This document shows positions 9,379 to 19,459 of a stretch of 64,000 nt of DNA, one piece after another. Numbering within the stretch: the stretch's first letter is position 1; the number at the start of each line of letters is the position of its first letter. The position numbers were made by a program, and so were the translations under genes. A model generated the notes under the pieces. That model was not told where the DNA came from. It did no database searches and was given only the letters and a program-made list of their open reading frames with translations. Origin of the DNA: an uncultured delta proteobacterium (GTDB taxonomy: Bacteria > Desulfobacterota > Binatia > HRBIN30 > BPIQ01). The stretch covers positions 242,395-306,394 of the forward strand of contig CAVXGR010000021.1 of assembly GCA_963761335.1 (NCBI GenBank). Direction: 5' to 3'.

Positions 9379-11004
9379 CTACGGTGTCTCCCTGGGGATA
9401 CTAAAGAAGAAAGTTGCACCTTTTCCAAGCACGGACTCGACCCAGATACGGCCGCCATGACGCTCGACGATCTTCTTGCAGATGGCGAGACCGACGCCGG
9501 TGCCCGGATAGGCGCGGCGGCTGTGCAGGCGCTGGAAGATGACAAAGATGCGCACCGCGAACTGCTCGTCGAGACCGATGCCGTTGTCGCTCACCGAGAA
9601 CAGCCACTCGCCGCCGCTCTCCCGGGCGCTGACGTGGACGCGCGGCGGCTCGGCGCCGCGAAACTTGATGGCGTTGCCGATCAGGTTCTGAAAGAGCTGG
9701 CGCAGCTGCCCCGGGTCGGCGGCGACCATCGGCAACGGCGCGGCGGTGACGGCGGCACCGCTCTCGAGGATGGCCGTCTGCAGGTCTTCGAGCACGTCGC
9801 CCAGAACCTGCTCGGCATTGCACGGCTCGAGCTTGCCCCCGACGGTGTCCACCCGCGAGAAGGCGAGGAGATCGTGGATCAGGTCCTGCATGCGGGCGAC
9901 GGCGCCGGTGACGCGATTGATCAGCTTGTCGGCATCGTCGTCGAGCCGCTCGCGGTAACGCCGCCCGAGTAGCTGGGTGTAGCTGGCGACGGCGCGCAGC
10001 GGCTCCTGCAGGTCATGGGAGGCGACGTAGGCGAACTGCTCCAGCTCGGCGTTGGAACGCGCCAGCGCCGCCGTGCGTTGCTGCACGCGGCGCTCGAGGT
10101 CGGTGTTGAGCCGGCGAATCTCCTCCTCGGCCTGCTTGCGGTCGGTGACGTCGCGGATGACGCTGGTGACCAGCAGACCTTCCCCCGTCTCCAGCGGGCT
10201 CAGGCTCACCTCGACGGGGAACTCTTCGCCGCTGTGCCGGCGCCCGTACAGCTCGATTCCCAGGCCCATCGGCCGCAGGGCCGCGGCCTCGGCGTACTGC
10301 ATCCGATGTTGGGGGTGGATGCCGCGAAAGCGCTCCGGGATCAGCATCTCCACCGGCTGGCCGAGCATCTCATCGCGCCCGTATCCGAAGAGGTGCTCCG
10401 TCTGCGAGTTCACCAGCACGATCTCGCCGGCGCGGTTGACGATCACCATGGCATCGGGAGCCGACTCCAGCACGCCCTGAAACAGTCGCGAGAGCGTCTG
10501 CATCTGCTCGAAGGTCCGTTTCAGGCTCTCTTCCCGCCGGTCGCTGTAGGCGCGGCCGACGAGCATCATCAGCTGCGCCGTCAGCTTGGCGTAGGCGGTG
10601 ATGTGGCGCGGAAAGGTCGAGCCGAGATGCGTCTCGATCACCTGGAAGCTGATGCGCGCCGAGACGTAGAGGCTCTCCAGAGAGATGCGCACGTCGGCTT
10701 CGCTCCGCAGGCTCGCGTCGATCAGCTGGGCGTTCATGCTGTAGAACGTCTCGTAGAGGCGCTCCAGGTCGCCGCTCCGCAGCTGCTGCACGACGATCAC
10801 CAGGAAGGCCTCGTTGATCTCGGTGAGCTGCGCCAGGGTGACGTTCCCCGCGGGGAAGTACTCCGGCAGCGCCCGCACCAGCTCATCCGACCACTCGGCG
10901 GCGACCTGACGGCGCAAGCTCCAGAGCATCTCCGCGAGCTCTTTGAGCCGCTGGATGTCCTCGGGAGTGAGCGTCTCCGCGGCGAAGTCGAAGCGGTGGT
11001 TCAT
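9379..11004 (-). CDS. Sensor histidine kinase: globin-like N-terminal domain, PAS, Cph1-type HisKA/HATPase
   Basis: PAS (ESAPDAMVIVN...EFPVEVSLSP...IRDVTDRK); SNAELEQFAYVASHDLQEPLR; NAIKF; GTGVGLAICKKIVERHGG. Confidence 0.88.
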   Translation of the reverse strand: MNHRFDFAAETLTPEDIQRLKELAEMLWSLRRQVAAEWSDELVRALPEYFPAGNVTLAQLTEINEAFLVIVVQQLRSGDLERLYETFYSMNAQLIDASLRSEADVRISLESLYVSARISFQVIETHLGSTFPRHITAYAKLTAQLMMLVGRAYSDRREESLKRTFEQMQTLSRLFQGVLESAPDAMVIVNRAGEIVLVNSQTEHLFGYGRDEMLGQPVEMLIPERFRGIHPQHRMQYAEAAALRPMGLGIELYGRRHSGEEFPVEVSLSPLETGEGLLVTSVIRDVTDRKQAEEEIRRLNTDLERRVQQRTAALARSNAELEQFAYVASHDLQEPLRAVASYTQLLGRRYRERLDDDADKLINRVTGAVARMQDLIHDLLAFSRVDTVGGKLEPCNAEQVLGDVLEDLQTAILESGAAVTAAPLPMVAADPGQLRQLFQNLIGNAIKFRGAEPPRVHVSARESGGEWLFSVSDNGIGLDEQFAVRIFVIFQRLHSRRAYPGTGVGLAICKKIVERHGGRIWVESVLGKGATFFFSIPRETP

Positions 11005-11079
11005 CGGGGCGCGTTGCTGAGGATATCACAGGCGCCGCTGTTGGCAGAGCAGGCCGACTCTGCTGCCCCGCAGGCCGCC

Positions 11080-11130
11080 GTAGAAGCGGCATCCCGCCGC
11101 TTCGGGAGGCGCCGAGACGGTTTCCTCGAC
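11080..11130. repeat. GTAG-type REP doublet (degenerate copy)
   Basis: GTAGAAGCGGCATCCCGCCGCTTCGGGAGGCGCCGAGACGG; right end decayed. Confidence 0.7.
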
Positions 11131-11172
11131 GCCTTGAATTTCCGGGCGCTACGTGAATCTTGTGCAGGCGGA

Positions 11173-12483
11173 ATGGAGGACAGCAGTCCGGGCCGCAAGC
11201 TGGAGTTGCTCATCGGCGATCTGCGCCGCTGCCTCGAGCAGAGCGCGGCGGTGGACGATGCTGCCGTGGGGCGGGCTCTGGCGGCTCTCGAAGGAGAGAT
11301 CGCCGAGGTGACCTCCGAGGGGCGGCTTCAGGAGGAGGTGGATCGCCACCGGCGGCTGGCGGCCCTCGGGCAGCTGACCGCGGGCATGGCTCACGACCTC
11401 AACAACATTCTCACCGTGGTGGTCGGTGTCGCCGAGCACCTGCGCGCCGAGGGGCGCGTCTCCAAGACGGCTCGGGAGAAGATTGCGCTGATCGCCGAGC
11501 AGGGCCATCGCGCCAGCGATCTCATTCGCCAGATCAGCGACTTCAGCCGGCGCACCGCGACCACGGACAGACGGCGTCTCGATCTCAGGCGCTTTCTCGA
11601 GGAAGCGCTGCCACTGCTGAGTCCGGAAATACCGTCCCACATCACCGTGACCACGGAAATTCCCGCCGGGCGGCACGAGGTGCGCGCCGATCGCGTCCAG
11701 CTGCAGCAGGTCATCGCCAATCTGCTGTCGAATGCGGTCGATTCCGTGGGGGAGGGCGGAGAGATCCGCATCCAGCTGCGGGGCTTTCGCCTGGAGTCCG
11801 GCGCAGAGACGCCGCTCCCGGGCCTCAGCGCCGGAGACTGGGAGACAATGCAGGTGACCGACAACGGCAGCGGTATGTCCGCCGAGGTCCTGCCCCACGT
11901 CTTCGAGCCGTTTTTCACCACCAAGGAGACCGGCAAAGGCCGCGGCCTCGGCCTGGCGCAGGCCTACGGGCTGGTGAAGCAGAACGGCGGCTTCATCGAC
12001 GTGTCCAGCCGGGCGGGGCAGGGAACCGCGGTGACCGTCTATCTGCCGGCGCTGGCGGCCGACGAGCTCGAGCCGACGCCGCTGCCGAAGCCGCGCGCCG
12101 CCCCCCGCCTCGTCGTCATCCTCATCGCCGAGGATGACGCGGCTGTGCGCGCCGTCATGCAGTGGCAGCTCGAAGGGATGGGCTACCGCGTGCTTACCGC
12201 CTCGAGTGGTGAAGAGTCGGTGCGCCTGCTTCGCGGGCAGGGGCTGGCCCCCGATCTAGCCGTCGTCGATCTGGAGATGCCCGGGATGGGCGGCGCGACG
12301 CTGTGCCGCACCTTGCGCCAGAGCCAGCCGGAGCTGCCGGTGATCGTCTTCTCCGGCTACAGCGTCGAGAGCCTGTCGCCGGAGGACCGCGCCACCCTCA
12401 GCACCAACGTCGAGTGGTTGGAGAAGCCCGCGGCTCTCGCGGCTCTCGCCGCTGCCGTGCAGCGGCGCTTGGGGCAGAGCTGA
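11173..12483 (+). CDS. Hybrid histidine kinase (HisKA-HATPase-REC) without an obvious sensor domain
   Basis: [34 protein letters not shown]-terminal REC (ILIAEDD, VVDLEMP); start taken at ATG 11173, not 10015. Confidence 0.88.
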   Translation: MEDSSPGRKLELLIGDLRRCLEQSAAVDDAAVGRALAALEGEIAEVTSEGRLQEEVDRHRRLAALGQLTAGMAHDLNNILTVVVGVAEHLRAEGRVSKTAREKIALIAEQGHRASDLIRQISDFSRRTATTDRRRLDLRRFLEEALPLLSPEIPSHITVTTEIPAGRHEVRADRVQLQQVIANLLSNAVDSVGEGGEIRIQLRGFRLESGAETPLPGLSAGDWETMQVTDNGSGMSAEVLPHVFEPFFTTKETGKGRGLGLAQAYGLVKQNGGFIDVSSRAGQGTAVTVYLPALAADELEPTPLPKPRAAPRLVVILIAEDDAAVRAVMQWQLEGMGYRVLTASSGEESVRLLRGQGLAPDLAVVDLEMPGMGGATLCRTLRQSQPELPVIVFSGYSVESLSPEDRATLSTNVEWLEKPAALAALAAAVQRRLGQS

Positions 12484-12591
12484 GACGCACCGGTCCGCCA
12501 AGGACCTGGTCGCCGCTGATGACGAGGCGAGCCGTTGCCCGTGCCGCGGCGAGAGTCCCCCTGACTGCGGATCTGTGGTTTGATCGGCCCC

Positions 12592-13185
12592 ATGATCTTC
12601 TGGCATCGGCCTGCCACCGCCGACATGCGGCGCCATCTCGAGGGCCAGGCGGCGCTGCCGTTCTCGTACGCCGAGGTCGGGGCGACACGGCGCGATGCCG
12701 ATGTGCCGCGTCGCTCCGCCGTGGACCTACTGGTCGTGGATCACAACCGTATCTGCGTCGGGCGCGGCGCCGATAACTTCGCTGCTGGGGTTGCGGCGGT
12801 GCGCCGCTGGCAGATGTTCGCTCTCGGTTGGGTCGAGCTCTGCTGGCCGGAGGCACCGATTGCCGCCGGCTCCACGGTCGGCGTGCTGGCGCGCCTGACC
12901 GGAGTGTGGTCGCTGAACGCGGCCCGCATCGTCTACGCCATCGACGAGAAGGGCGACGTCGAGCGCTTCGGCTTCGCCTATGGCACCCTGCCGGATCACG
13001 CCGAGCGAGGGGAGGAGCGCTTCTCGGTCGAATGGCATCGAGACGACGATTCGGTCTGGTACGACATCCTCGCCTTCTCGCGGCCGCAATGGCTGACCGC
13101 GCTCGGCTATCCATATGCCCGCAGACTTCAGAAGAGATTCGCCGCCGGCTCGCTGCGCGCCATGGCCGCGGCCGTCCGGCCCTGA
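12592..13185 (+). CDS. DUF1990 family protein
   Basis: FSYAEVGAT, FGFAYGTLPDHAERGEERF, WYDILAFSRP. Confidence 0.85.
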   Translation: MIFWHRPATADMRRHLEGQAALPFSYAEVGATRRDADVPRRSAVDLLVVDHNRICVGRGADNFAAGVAAVRRWQMFALGWVELCWPEAPIAAGSTVGVLARLTGVWSLNAARIVYAIDEKGDVERFGFAYGTLPDHAERGEERFSVEWHRDDDSVWYDILAFSRPQWLTALGYPYARRLQKRFAAGSLRAMAAAVRP

Positions 13186-13193
13186 CCGACCCA

Positions 13194-13336
13194 CATTCCC
13201 GGTTCTCATTCCCGGTTCTCATCCCGTCGTTTTCCGTTGTTCTGCGAGCCGCGCGATCACCTCAGCTCCGTGGTTATTCGCGGCTGTCAGAGCCAATGGA
13301 AAACGACGGGATGAGAACCGGGGATGAGGGGGAATG
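13194..13336. repeat. ~150-bp palindromic MITE/REP-like element, copy 1
   Basis: Long terminal inverted repeats (CCCGGTTCTCATCCCGTCGTTTTCC ... GGAAAACGACGGGATGAGAACCGGG) around a core homologous to the 15839 copy in opposite orientation. Confidence 0.8.
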
Positions 13337-13357
13337 AGACGTCCCTGGCGGGCTGGA

Positions 13358-13834
13358 TCAGTGCACCGAGTAGAAGAGCCCGAGAATCAGGCCGAAGAGG
13401 ACGTGGGCGAAGACGACGGAGAGCGGCGTGCGCACGCCGTAGTGCAGCCCCATGAAGCCCGGTGGCTCCAGCTGCCGGACCACGGTGGGGCCGTACTCCT
13501 CGGTCGCCATCCGCGGGTGGATGCTCGGCAGGTTGGGCATGACCACCGTCAGCACGAAGGTCGAATGTGCCAGGCCGACGAGAACTCCGAGCCACCAGCT
13601 GGCGGCGCCCCAGACGTGAAAGGTCGCCACGTACACCAGCGACAGGGCCATGCCGTTGAGGAAGTGCAGCGCGGCGCCGACAAGCTTGGCGCGATCGCGG
13701 CTGGGGGTGAACATGGTGCCGAGCATGTACGGAAGGTTCATGCGGGTGATTCCCAGCCACTGGCTGCCGGCCATCGTCGAGGTGAGGACAACGGTCGCCG
13801 CAAAGCCCCAGATCAACCACGCCCCCCAGTTCAC
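13358..13834 (-). CDS. Hypothetical multi-pass membrane protein
   Basis: GTG start overlapping the GH15 stop (GTGA); hydrophobic segments; PYMLGTMF, LHFLNG, IHPRMA, VFAHVLFG. Confidence 0.7.
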   Translation of the reverse strand: MNWGAWLIWGFAATVVLTSTMAGSQWLGITRMNLPYMLGTMFTPSRDRAKLVGAALHFLNGMALSLVYVATFHVWGAASWWLGVLVGLAHSTFVLTVVMPNLPSIHPRMATEEYGPTVVRQLEPPGFMGLHYGVRTPLSVVFAHVLFGLILGLFYSVH

Positions 13835-15690
13835 GCGTCCTCCTCGCCCGTGCGCGCCGCCGGCACCGATTCCCCGGTGCCCACCTGCTGGCGCTTGCGG
13901 CGCTGCTCGATGGAGAGAGCGGCATTGATCAGCCCGAGATGCGTCAACCCCTGAGGAAAATTTCCGAGGGCCTCGCCGCTCTGCGGATCGATCTCCTCGG
14001 AGTAGAGGCCGACGTCGTTGGCGCGCCGCAGCATCTTCTCGAACGTCCGCTGCGCCTTGTCCAAGCTGCCGCCCCCGAGAGCCAGAAACTCCGCCCACCA
14101 GAAGCTGCAGATGCCGAAGGCGCCCTCGCCGACCTGATAGCTCTGTTCGTGTCGATAGAGCAGGCCATCACCGACGCGCAGCCGTTTCAGAATGGTCTCG
14201 TAGGTGCGCTGGATGCGCGGCGCATCCGCCTTGTCGTAGCCGTACCACGGCAGCAGCAACAGGCTGGCGTCGACCTGATCCTCGTCGAGAATCTCCGTGT
14301 AGGTTCCGCCGCTCTCGTTCCAGCCGTGCTCCTCGATCTCCTGGCGCAGCTGTGCGCGCACCGCGGCGAAGCGGTCGGCGGGGATCTTCTCCAGACGCCC
14401 GCGGTCGCGCATCTCCAGCAGGCGGTCGAGCGCCGTCCAGCAGAGAACGCGCGAGAACGTCCGCTTCTTCCCCGGGCCGCGGGCTTCCCAGATGCCGTTG
14501 CCGGGCTCGTCCCAGTGGTCACAGACGTAGCCGCCGAAGTCGCGCAGCATGTTCTGCGTCTCGCGGTCGAGATGTCCGTCGCGGCGGGCGAGCTGGGCGA
14601 CCGCCTCGACGACCTCGCCGTAGGAATCGAGCTGGCGTTGCGATCCGGCGGCGTTGCCGACATGCACCGGCCGCGAGCCGCGATAGCCGTCGAGCTGCGC
14701 CATGCTCTTCTCGTTGCCGCCGGTGCGCCCGTAGACGTCGTAGAAGACGCGCAGCTCGGGGCGCGTCAGCCGGGTACTGTGCAGAAGCCAGCTGATGAAG
14801 GCCTCGGCATCCGCGGCGTAGCCGAGGCCGAGCAGAGCGCGGGAGGTGAAGGAGGCGTCTCGCAGCCAGCAGAAGCGGTAGTCCCAGTTGAGGTCTCCGC
14901 CGATGCGCTCGGGCAGCGAGGTCGTCGGCGCGGCGATCACGGCTCCCGACGGCGCGAAGGTCAGCAGCTTGAGGACCAGGGCACTGCGCACCACCTCGTT
15001 GCGATAGGGGCCGTCGTAGCAAGTCCGTCGACTCCAGCTGCGCCACCAATCGACCGATCGCGCGATGGCCTGGCGGCTGAGGTCGCCGAGCGGGGCGAGC
15101 ACCGCGGGGGCGTCGTCGCTGTAGGTGAGCGAGAAGAACGCCGACTCGCCTGCCGTCAGCCGCAGGTGGGCCCGCGCCGTCCCCTTGCCGTCGAGAGAGA
15201 AGGGCGCCGGGCCGCGCAGGGTCACCAGGCGGCCGCCCATTTCCAGGCGCAGCCCGAGGGTGCCTCCGTCCACCAGCGGGGTGCGGTCAGTGGCGTAACC
15301 GGGACGCGGCTCGAACAGCACCTCGACCTCGGCCGTGCCGCGAACGCACTCGACGCCGCGGAGGATCTCGTTGGGCGCCATCAGCATCGACTGCTTCTGC
15401 TCCTCGGAGGCCACCGGCATGAGATCCGTCAGGACGAATGAACCGGCATCGTTCTCGAAGCGCGTCTGCAGCACGTTGGTGTCTTCGATGTACCAGCGCG
15501 TCGTCTGCGCCGGTGCCGCCGCGCCGATGCGCCAGCAGCCGCCGATGCGAGTGTCGAGCAGGCGGGCGAACAGCGATGGGGAATCGAAGCGGGGCCAGCA
15601 CAGCCAGTCCACGGAGCCCTGCAGCGAGACCAGGGCGGCGGCGCGCCCGTTGCCGATGATTGCGTAGTCCTGGATCGAAGGGGCCCTCAT
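13831..15690 (-). CDS. Glycoside hydrolase family 15 (glucoamylase/trehalase-like)
   Basis: IQDYAIIGNGR, WLCWPRFDSPS, AAPTTSLPE..GG.LNWDYRFCWLRD, GIWEARG, LGNFPQGLTH. Confidence 0.92.
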   Translation of the reverse strand: MRAPSIQDYAIIGNGRAAALVSLQGSVDWLCWPRFDSPSLFARLLDTRIGGCWRIGAAAPAQTTRWYIEDTNVLQTRFENDAGSFVLTDLMPVASEEQKQSMLMAPNEILRGVECVRGTAEVEVLFEPRPGYATDRTPLVDGGTLGLRLEMGGRLVTLRGPAPFSLDGKGTARAHLRLTAGESAFFSLTYSDDAPAVLAPLGDLSRQAIARSVDWWRSWSRRTCYDGPYRNEVVRSALVLKLLTFAPSGAVIAAPTTSLPERIGGDLNWDYRFCWLRDASFTSRALLGLGYAADAEAFISWLLHSTRLTRPELRVFYDVYGRTGGNEKSMAQLDGYRGSRPVHVGNAAGSQRQLDSYGEVVEAVAQLARRDGHLDRETQNMLRDFGGYVCDHWDEPGNGIWEARGPGKKRTFSRVLCWTALDRLLEMRDRGRLEKIPADRFAAVRAQLRQEIEEHGWNESGGTYTEILDEDQVDASLLLLPWYGYDKADAPRIQRTYETILKRLRVGDGLLYRHEQSYQVGEGAFGICSFWWAEFLALGGGSLDKAQRTFEKMLRRANDVGLYSEEIDPQSGEALGNFPQGLTHLGLINAALSIEQRRKRQQVGTGESVPAARTGEEDA

Positions 15691-15838
15691 CGCACACGGC
15701 AGCCCCGGAGCCGCGGCTGCGGGGCTGCCCAGCCGCTCATTCTACACGATCATTCCGGAGGAGCGAGGCGGCGTGCCTTCGGGTACGTATGGCGAGCTTG
15801 CGCTCGCCGCTACGGCGCCTCGTCAAGCTCCCCCTCCA

Positions 15839-16017
15839 CATTCTCCGTTCTCATCCCCGGCTCTCATCCCGTCGTTTTCCATTCGCTCTAACAGCCGCGA
15901 GTCACTACGGAGCTGAGGTGATCTCACGCGGCTCGCAGAACAATGGAGAACGACGGGATGAGAGTCGGGGATGAGAACGGGAAATGACGTTCGGGGATGA
16001 GAACGGAGAACGAGGGG
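15839..16017. repeat. ~150-bp palindromic MITE/REP-like element, copy 2 (with an extra arm unit)
   Basis: TCTCATCCCCGGCTCTCATCCCGTCGTTTTCC ... GGAGAACGACGGGATGAGAGTCGGGGATGAGA. Confidence 0.8.
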
Positions 16018-16079
16018 AGGCTCTTCGCCATCGCCGCCCTCCCCCCAGGGTCCGCCTTGCGCTAGATATGGACTCCGCG

Positions 16080-16766
16080 ATGAAGATCCTGATCGTCGAA
16101 GATGAGGCCCCCACGGCGTCGTTCTTGCGCCGGGGACTCTCCGAGGAGGGGTTCGCCGTCGACGTCGCCCGCGACGCCGGCCAGGCGGATCAGGCAGTGC
16201 AGGTGTACGACTACGACGCCATCGTCCTCGACGTCATGCTGCCGGGCGAGGACGGTTTCTCCCTGTGCCGCCGCTGGCGGGCGGCGGGGGTGAAGACGCC
16301 GATTCTCTTTCTCACGGCCCGCGACGAGGTCGGCGACCGGGTGCGCGGCCTCAACCTCGGCGGCGATGACTACCTGGTGAAGCCGTTCGCCTTCGCCGAG
16401 CTCATGGCGCGGGTGCGCGCCCTGGTGCGCCGCGGACAGATCGCGCCGCCGGCGCCGCACCTCTGCATCGGCGATCTGGTCCTCGACACCAACCGCCGCG
16501 AGGCCAGCCGCGCCGGCGAAGGCATCGCCCTGAGCATGCGCGAGTACCAGCTGCTCGAGTACTTTGCCCGCAACGCCGGCCGCGTGATCACCCGCACCGA
16601 GCTGTGGGAGCACGTCTGGGACAGCCACTCGGTGCCCGACTCGAACGTCGTCGACGTCTACGTCGGCTATCTCCGCAGCAAGCTCGGTCGCGAGATCGTC
16701 GAGACCGTGCGCGGTGTCGGCTACTGCCTGCCGGCGGCGTCCGCGGCCGGCGACGGCGGAGATTAG
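16080..16766 (+). CDS. OmpR-family response regulator
   Basis: MKILIVEDE, VLDVMLPG, DDYLVKPF, SNVVDVYVGYLRSKL, ETVRGVGY. Confidence 0.92.
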   Translation: MKILIVEDEAPTASFLRRGLSEEGFAVDVARDAGQADQAVQVYDYDAIVLDVMLPGEDGFSLCRRWRAAGVKTPILFLTARDEVGDRVRGLNLGGDDYLVKPFAFAELMARVRALVRRGQIAPPAPHLCIGDLVLDTNRREASRAGEGIALSMREYQLLEYFARNAGRVITRTELWEHVWDSHSVPDSNVVDVYVGYLRSKLGREIVETVRGVGYCLPAASAAGDGGD

Positions 16767-16769
16767 CGC

Positions 16770-18239
16770 GTGCCCGGGCGCGCGGCGGCGCCGACCTTTC
16801 GGGGTCGCCTGACGGTGACCATGACGGCGCTCTCGGTGGCCGTGCTTCTGGCGGGCAGCGCCGCCATCTATCTGGGTGTGCGCCATGAGCTGCTGTCGAA
16901 CCTGGATGCGGCGCTACTGGCGATGGCGCGTGCCGAGGTGGCCAGCGCCGTCGACGAGCCGGACCAGGGGGTGCACGTCCACGAGCTCGGGCCGGCGCCG
17001 CTCTCGCCGTCCAGCGGCTCCGGCTACGAGAAGCTGGCGCGGATCGCCGACGGCAACGGGCGCATCCTCGCCGAGACCGCCAATCTGAAGAGCGCGCCTC
17101 TGAACACCGACGCTGCTCTCGAGGCGCGGGCGCTCGGGGGTGCGGTGTCGTTCAGCAACCTGGAGCGCGGCGGCGAGGCGTACCGCGCCGTCTACTACCC
17201 GCTGCCCGATGCCGGGGGCGAGCCGCTGGTGGCGGTGGTGGCAATTCCGAAGAGCCCGGTAGAGCGTTCGCTGCAGATCCTTCTCGTGGCGCTGTCGCTG
17301 GCCCTCGTCGTCGGCGCCACGGCGTCGGCATGGGCCGCGGGGCGGCTATCGCGGCGGCTCATCCGCCCCCTCGAGCAGATCGCCGTGGCGGCGGCCGGCG
17401 TGGGAGAGCGCAGCCTGGGCGAGCGCATCCCGCAAGCTTCTCCCGACGTCGAGCTGTGCAACGTCGTCGACATTCTCAACGCCATGCTGGCGAGGCTGGA
17501 GTCGGCGTTCGCCGTTCAGAAGCAGCTGGTGGAGGCGCAGCAGCGCTTTGTCCTCGACGCCTCCCACGAGCTGCGCTCGCCGCTGGCCAACCTGCGCGGC
17601 ACGATCGAGGTGGCTCTGCGCCGGCCGCGCTCCGACGGCGACTACCGCGAGGCGTTGCAGGTGTCGCTCGCCGAGAGCGAGCGTCTGTCGCGCCTGGTGG
17701 AAGGGTTGCTGACACTCTCCCGCGTCGATGCCGGGACCGTCGCCCTGCATCGCGTCCCCTGCGATCTCGCCGAGATCGCCCGCGAGTCGGTGCGCGCGCA
17801 CGAAGCGCGGGCCCAGGAGACGAACGTGCGCCTGCGCTTTTCGGCAGCCCAGCCGCTGCCGCTCAAGGGCGATGCCGACCGCCTGCGAGAGGCGGTCGAC
17901 AACCTTCTGGACAACGCCCTTCGCTACGCGCCCGCGGACTCCGAGGTGGAGGTGCTGGCGGCGCAGCAAGGCGGGCGCCTGACTCTCTCGGTGCGCGATG
18001 GCGGGCGGGGAATGTCTCCCGACGATCGCGCCCGCGTCTTCGACCGCTTCTACCGCGCCGACGAGTCGCGGGCGCGGTTCTCCGGCGGCCTCGGTCTCGG
18101 CCTGGCGATCGCCCGCGCCGTGGTGGAAGCGCACGGCGGCGAGATCGCCGTCGACAGTCAGCCGGGGAAGGGCTCGACCTTCTCGATCGCGCTGCCGGCG
18201 GTCACCGCGGGGGCTGGCGAAAATGGAGGTCGGCGATGA
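16770..18239 (+). CDS. Membrane sensor histidine kinase with HAMP domain (CusS/CzcS-like)
   Basis: Two TM segments, HAMP, DASHELRSPL, NALRY, FDRFYRAD, GLGLGLAIA. Confidence 0.9.
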   Translation: MPGRAAAPTFRGRLTVTMTALSVAVLLAGSAAIYLGVRHELLSNLDAALLAMARAEVASAVDEPDQGVHVHELGPAPLSPSSGSGYEKLARIADGNGRILAETANLKSAPLNTDAALEARALGGAVSFSNLERGGEAYRAVYYPLPDAGGEPLVAVVAIPKSPVERSLQILLVALSLALVVGATASAWAAGRLSRRLIRPLEQIAVAAAGVGERSLGERIPQASPDVELCNVVDILNAMLARLESAFAVQKQLVEAQQRFVLDASHELRSPLANLRGTIEVALRRPRSDGDYREALQVSLAESERLSRLVEGLLTLSRVDAGTVALHRVPCDLAEIARESVRAHEARAQETNVRLRFSAAQPLPLKGDADRLREAVDNLLDNALRYAPADSEVEVLAAQQGGRLTLSVRDGGRGMSPDDRARVFDRFYRADESRARFSGGLGLGLAIARAVVEAHGGEIAVDSQPGKGSTFSIALPAVTAGAGENGGRR

Positions 18240-19083
18240 CGCCGTCGTGGTCCGACCACGGCTGGTCCCGGCCGCGATTGTGGATGAGGTCGACGTCGAC
18301 TTGCACGCCGAAGCGGTCCGAGCGACGAGCAAATAGATAGTCGACCCAGTAACCGGTCTCTCCCTGCGGACCGACGAAGGTGCCGCAGCCACAGCTCCGC
18401 CGCTTGTCGGCCGTCATCTCGGTCCAGCCGCTCGGGATCAGCGGTCGCAGCACCGACGGCGGAAGATTGAAGTCGCCTCCGGCAATCACCGGAAGATCGG
18501 CGTCGACACCGCTGCCGATGGAGAACAGCTCCTCCACCTGGTGACGGCGAATCTTGGCGTACTCGTTGCCGTAGGCCTGTAGATGCGTGTTCAGTAGCAC
18601 CAGCTCGGCACCGCTGCCGCGGTGTCGCAGGCGGATCCGCTGCACGCCCTTGTCGTCCATGGCATCCCGTTCCCAGATCTTCCACCAGCTCGGCCGCGCC
18701 TTGAACTCGGTGAAGTCGGTCGAGACCTTGCGCCAGTCGCTGTCCTTGCGGAGGTAGGCGATGAGGCCGCCCTTGCGCATCCGCCACAGCAGAAGAAACT
18801 TCGTCGGCACGCCGTCGAGGCGTTCGTAGTCCTGGAGCTTCTCATCGAGCAGGCGCGCCTGCTTCTGCAGCACGACCTCCTGGAACATCGCCACGTCCGG
18901 CGCCCGCCGGTCGATCTCGGCGGCGACGGCGGCCATGCGCTCGTCATAGTGGTCCGAGGCGAAGGGCGCACCGTGCAGGTTCCAGGTCACCACCTGCAGT
19001 CGCAGTGTCGACGGCTGAGCGCGCGCCCAAGGCGCGAGAGCTCCGATGCCGAGCAGGCAGAGAAGAAGGCGGCGCCGCATCAT
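18202..19083 (-). CDS. Secreted endonuclease/exonuclease/phosphatase (EEP) family protein
   Basis: Signal peptide, VVTWNL, DVAMFQE, LNTHL, GGDFN, VDYLF, SDHDGV. Confidence 0.85.
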   Translation of the reverse strand: MMRRRLLLCLLGIGALAPWARAQPSTLRLQVVTWNLHGAPFASDHYDERMAAVAAEIDRRAPDVAMFQEVVLQKQARLLDEKLQDYERLDGVPTKFLLLWRMRKGGLIAYLRKDSDWRKVSTDFTEFKARPSWWKIWERDAMDDKGVQRIRLRHRGSGAELVLLNTHLQAYGNEYAKIRRHQVEELFSIGSGVDADLPVIAGGDFNLPPSVLRPLIPSGWTEMTADKRRSCGCGTFVGPQGETGYWVDYLFARRSDRFGVQVDVDLIHNRGRDQPWSDHDGVIADLHFRQPPR

Positions 19084-19104
19084 CCGCTCAGCCCCACCGG
19101 CGGG

Positions 19105-19126
19105 TCATGAAACGCGAACTTCATGA
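19105..19126. promoter_or_regulatory. Possible operator palindrome upstream of the EEP gene
   Basis: TCATGAA-N8-TTCATGA, AT-rich in a GC-rich context, about 20 bp before the start. Confidence 0.25.
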
Positions 19127-19257
19127 TTGCCTCGCCAACCTGTGTATCCCGAACATCGGCGCGGCGAAACCGGGGGCGGAAGGCGGCCGAGGGCAGGCGT
19201 GGCTTCGGGTGAGAGCCACGCCACTGGTCGGTTGAGCCAGGGAACCTGCAGGATTGA

Positions 19258-19426
19258 CCTCATTCTCCATTCTCACCCCCGGTTCTCATGCCGTCGTTTT
19301 CCATTCGCCCGGACAGCTGCAGAGCGATCCCCGCCTGAGCGGGTGTCACCGCGGCTCGGAGAACAATGGAAGACGACGGGACGAGAACCGGGGATGAGAA
19401 TGAGAACCGGCGATGAGAGTGAGAAC
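19258..19426. repeat. ~150-bp palindromic MITE/REP-like element, copy 3
   Basis: CCCGGTTCTCATGCCGTCGTTTTCCATT ... AATGGAAGACGACGGGACGAGAACCGGG. Confidence 0.8.
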
Positions 19427-19459
19427 TATCAGTTTGATTCAGACGCATGGGCACCAGGT

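Noticed and set aside
8935..11004. Bacteriophytochrome
   Set aside because: The kinase and receiver resemble Cph1/Rcp1, but there is no GAF-PHY photosensory module.
10015..11172. N-terminal extension of the hybrid kinase ORF
   Set aside because: Antisense to the PAS kinase and runs through a REP; the plausible start is 11173.
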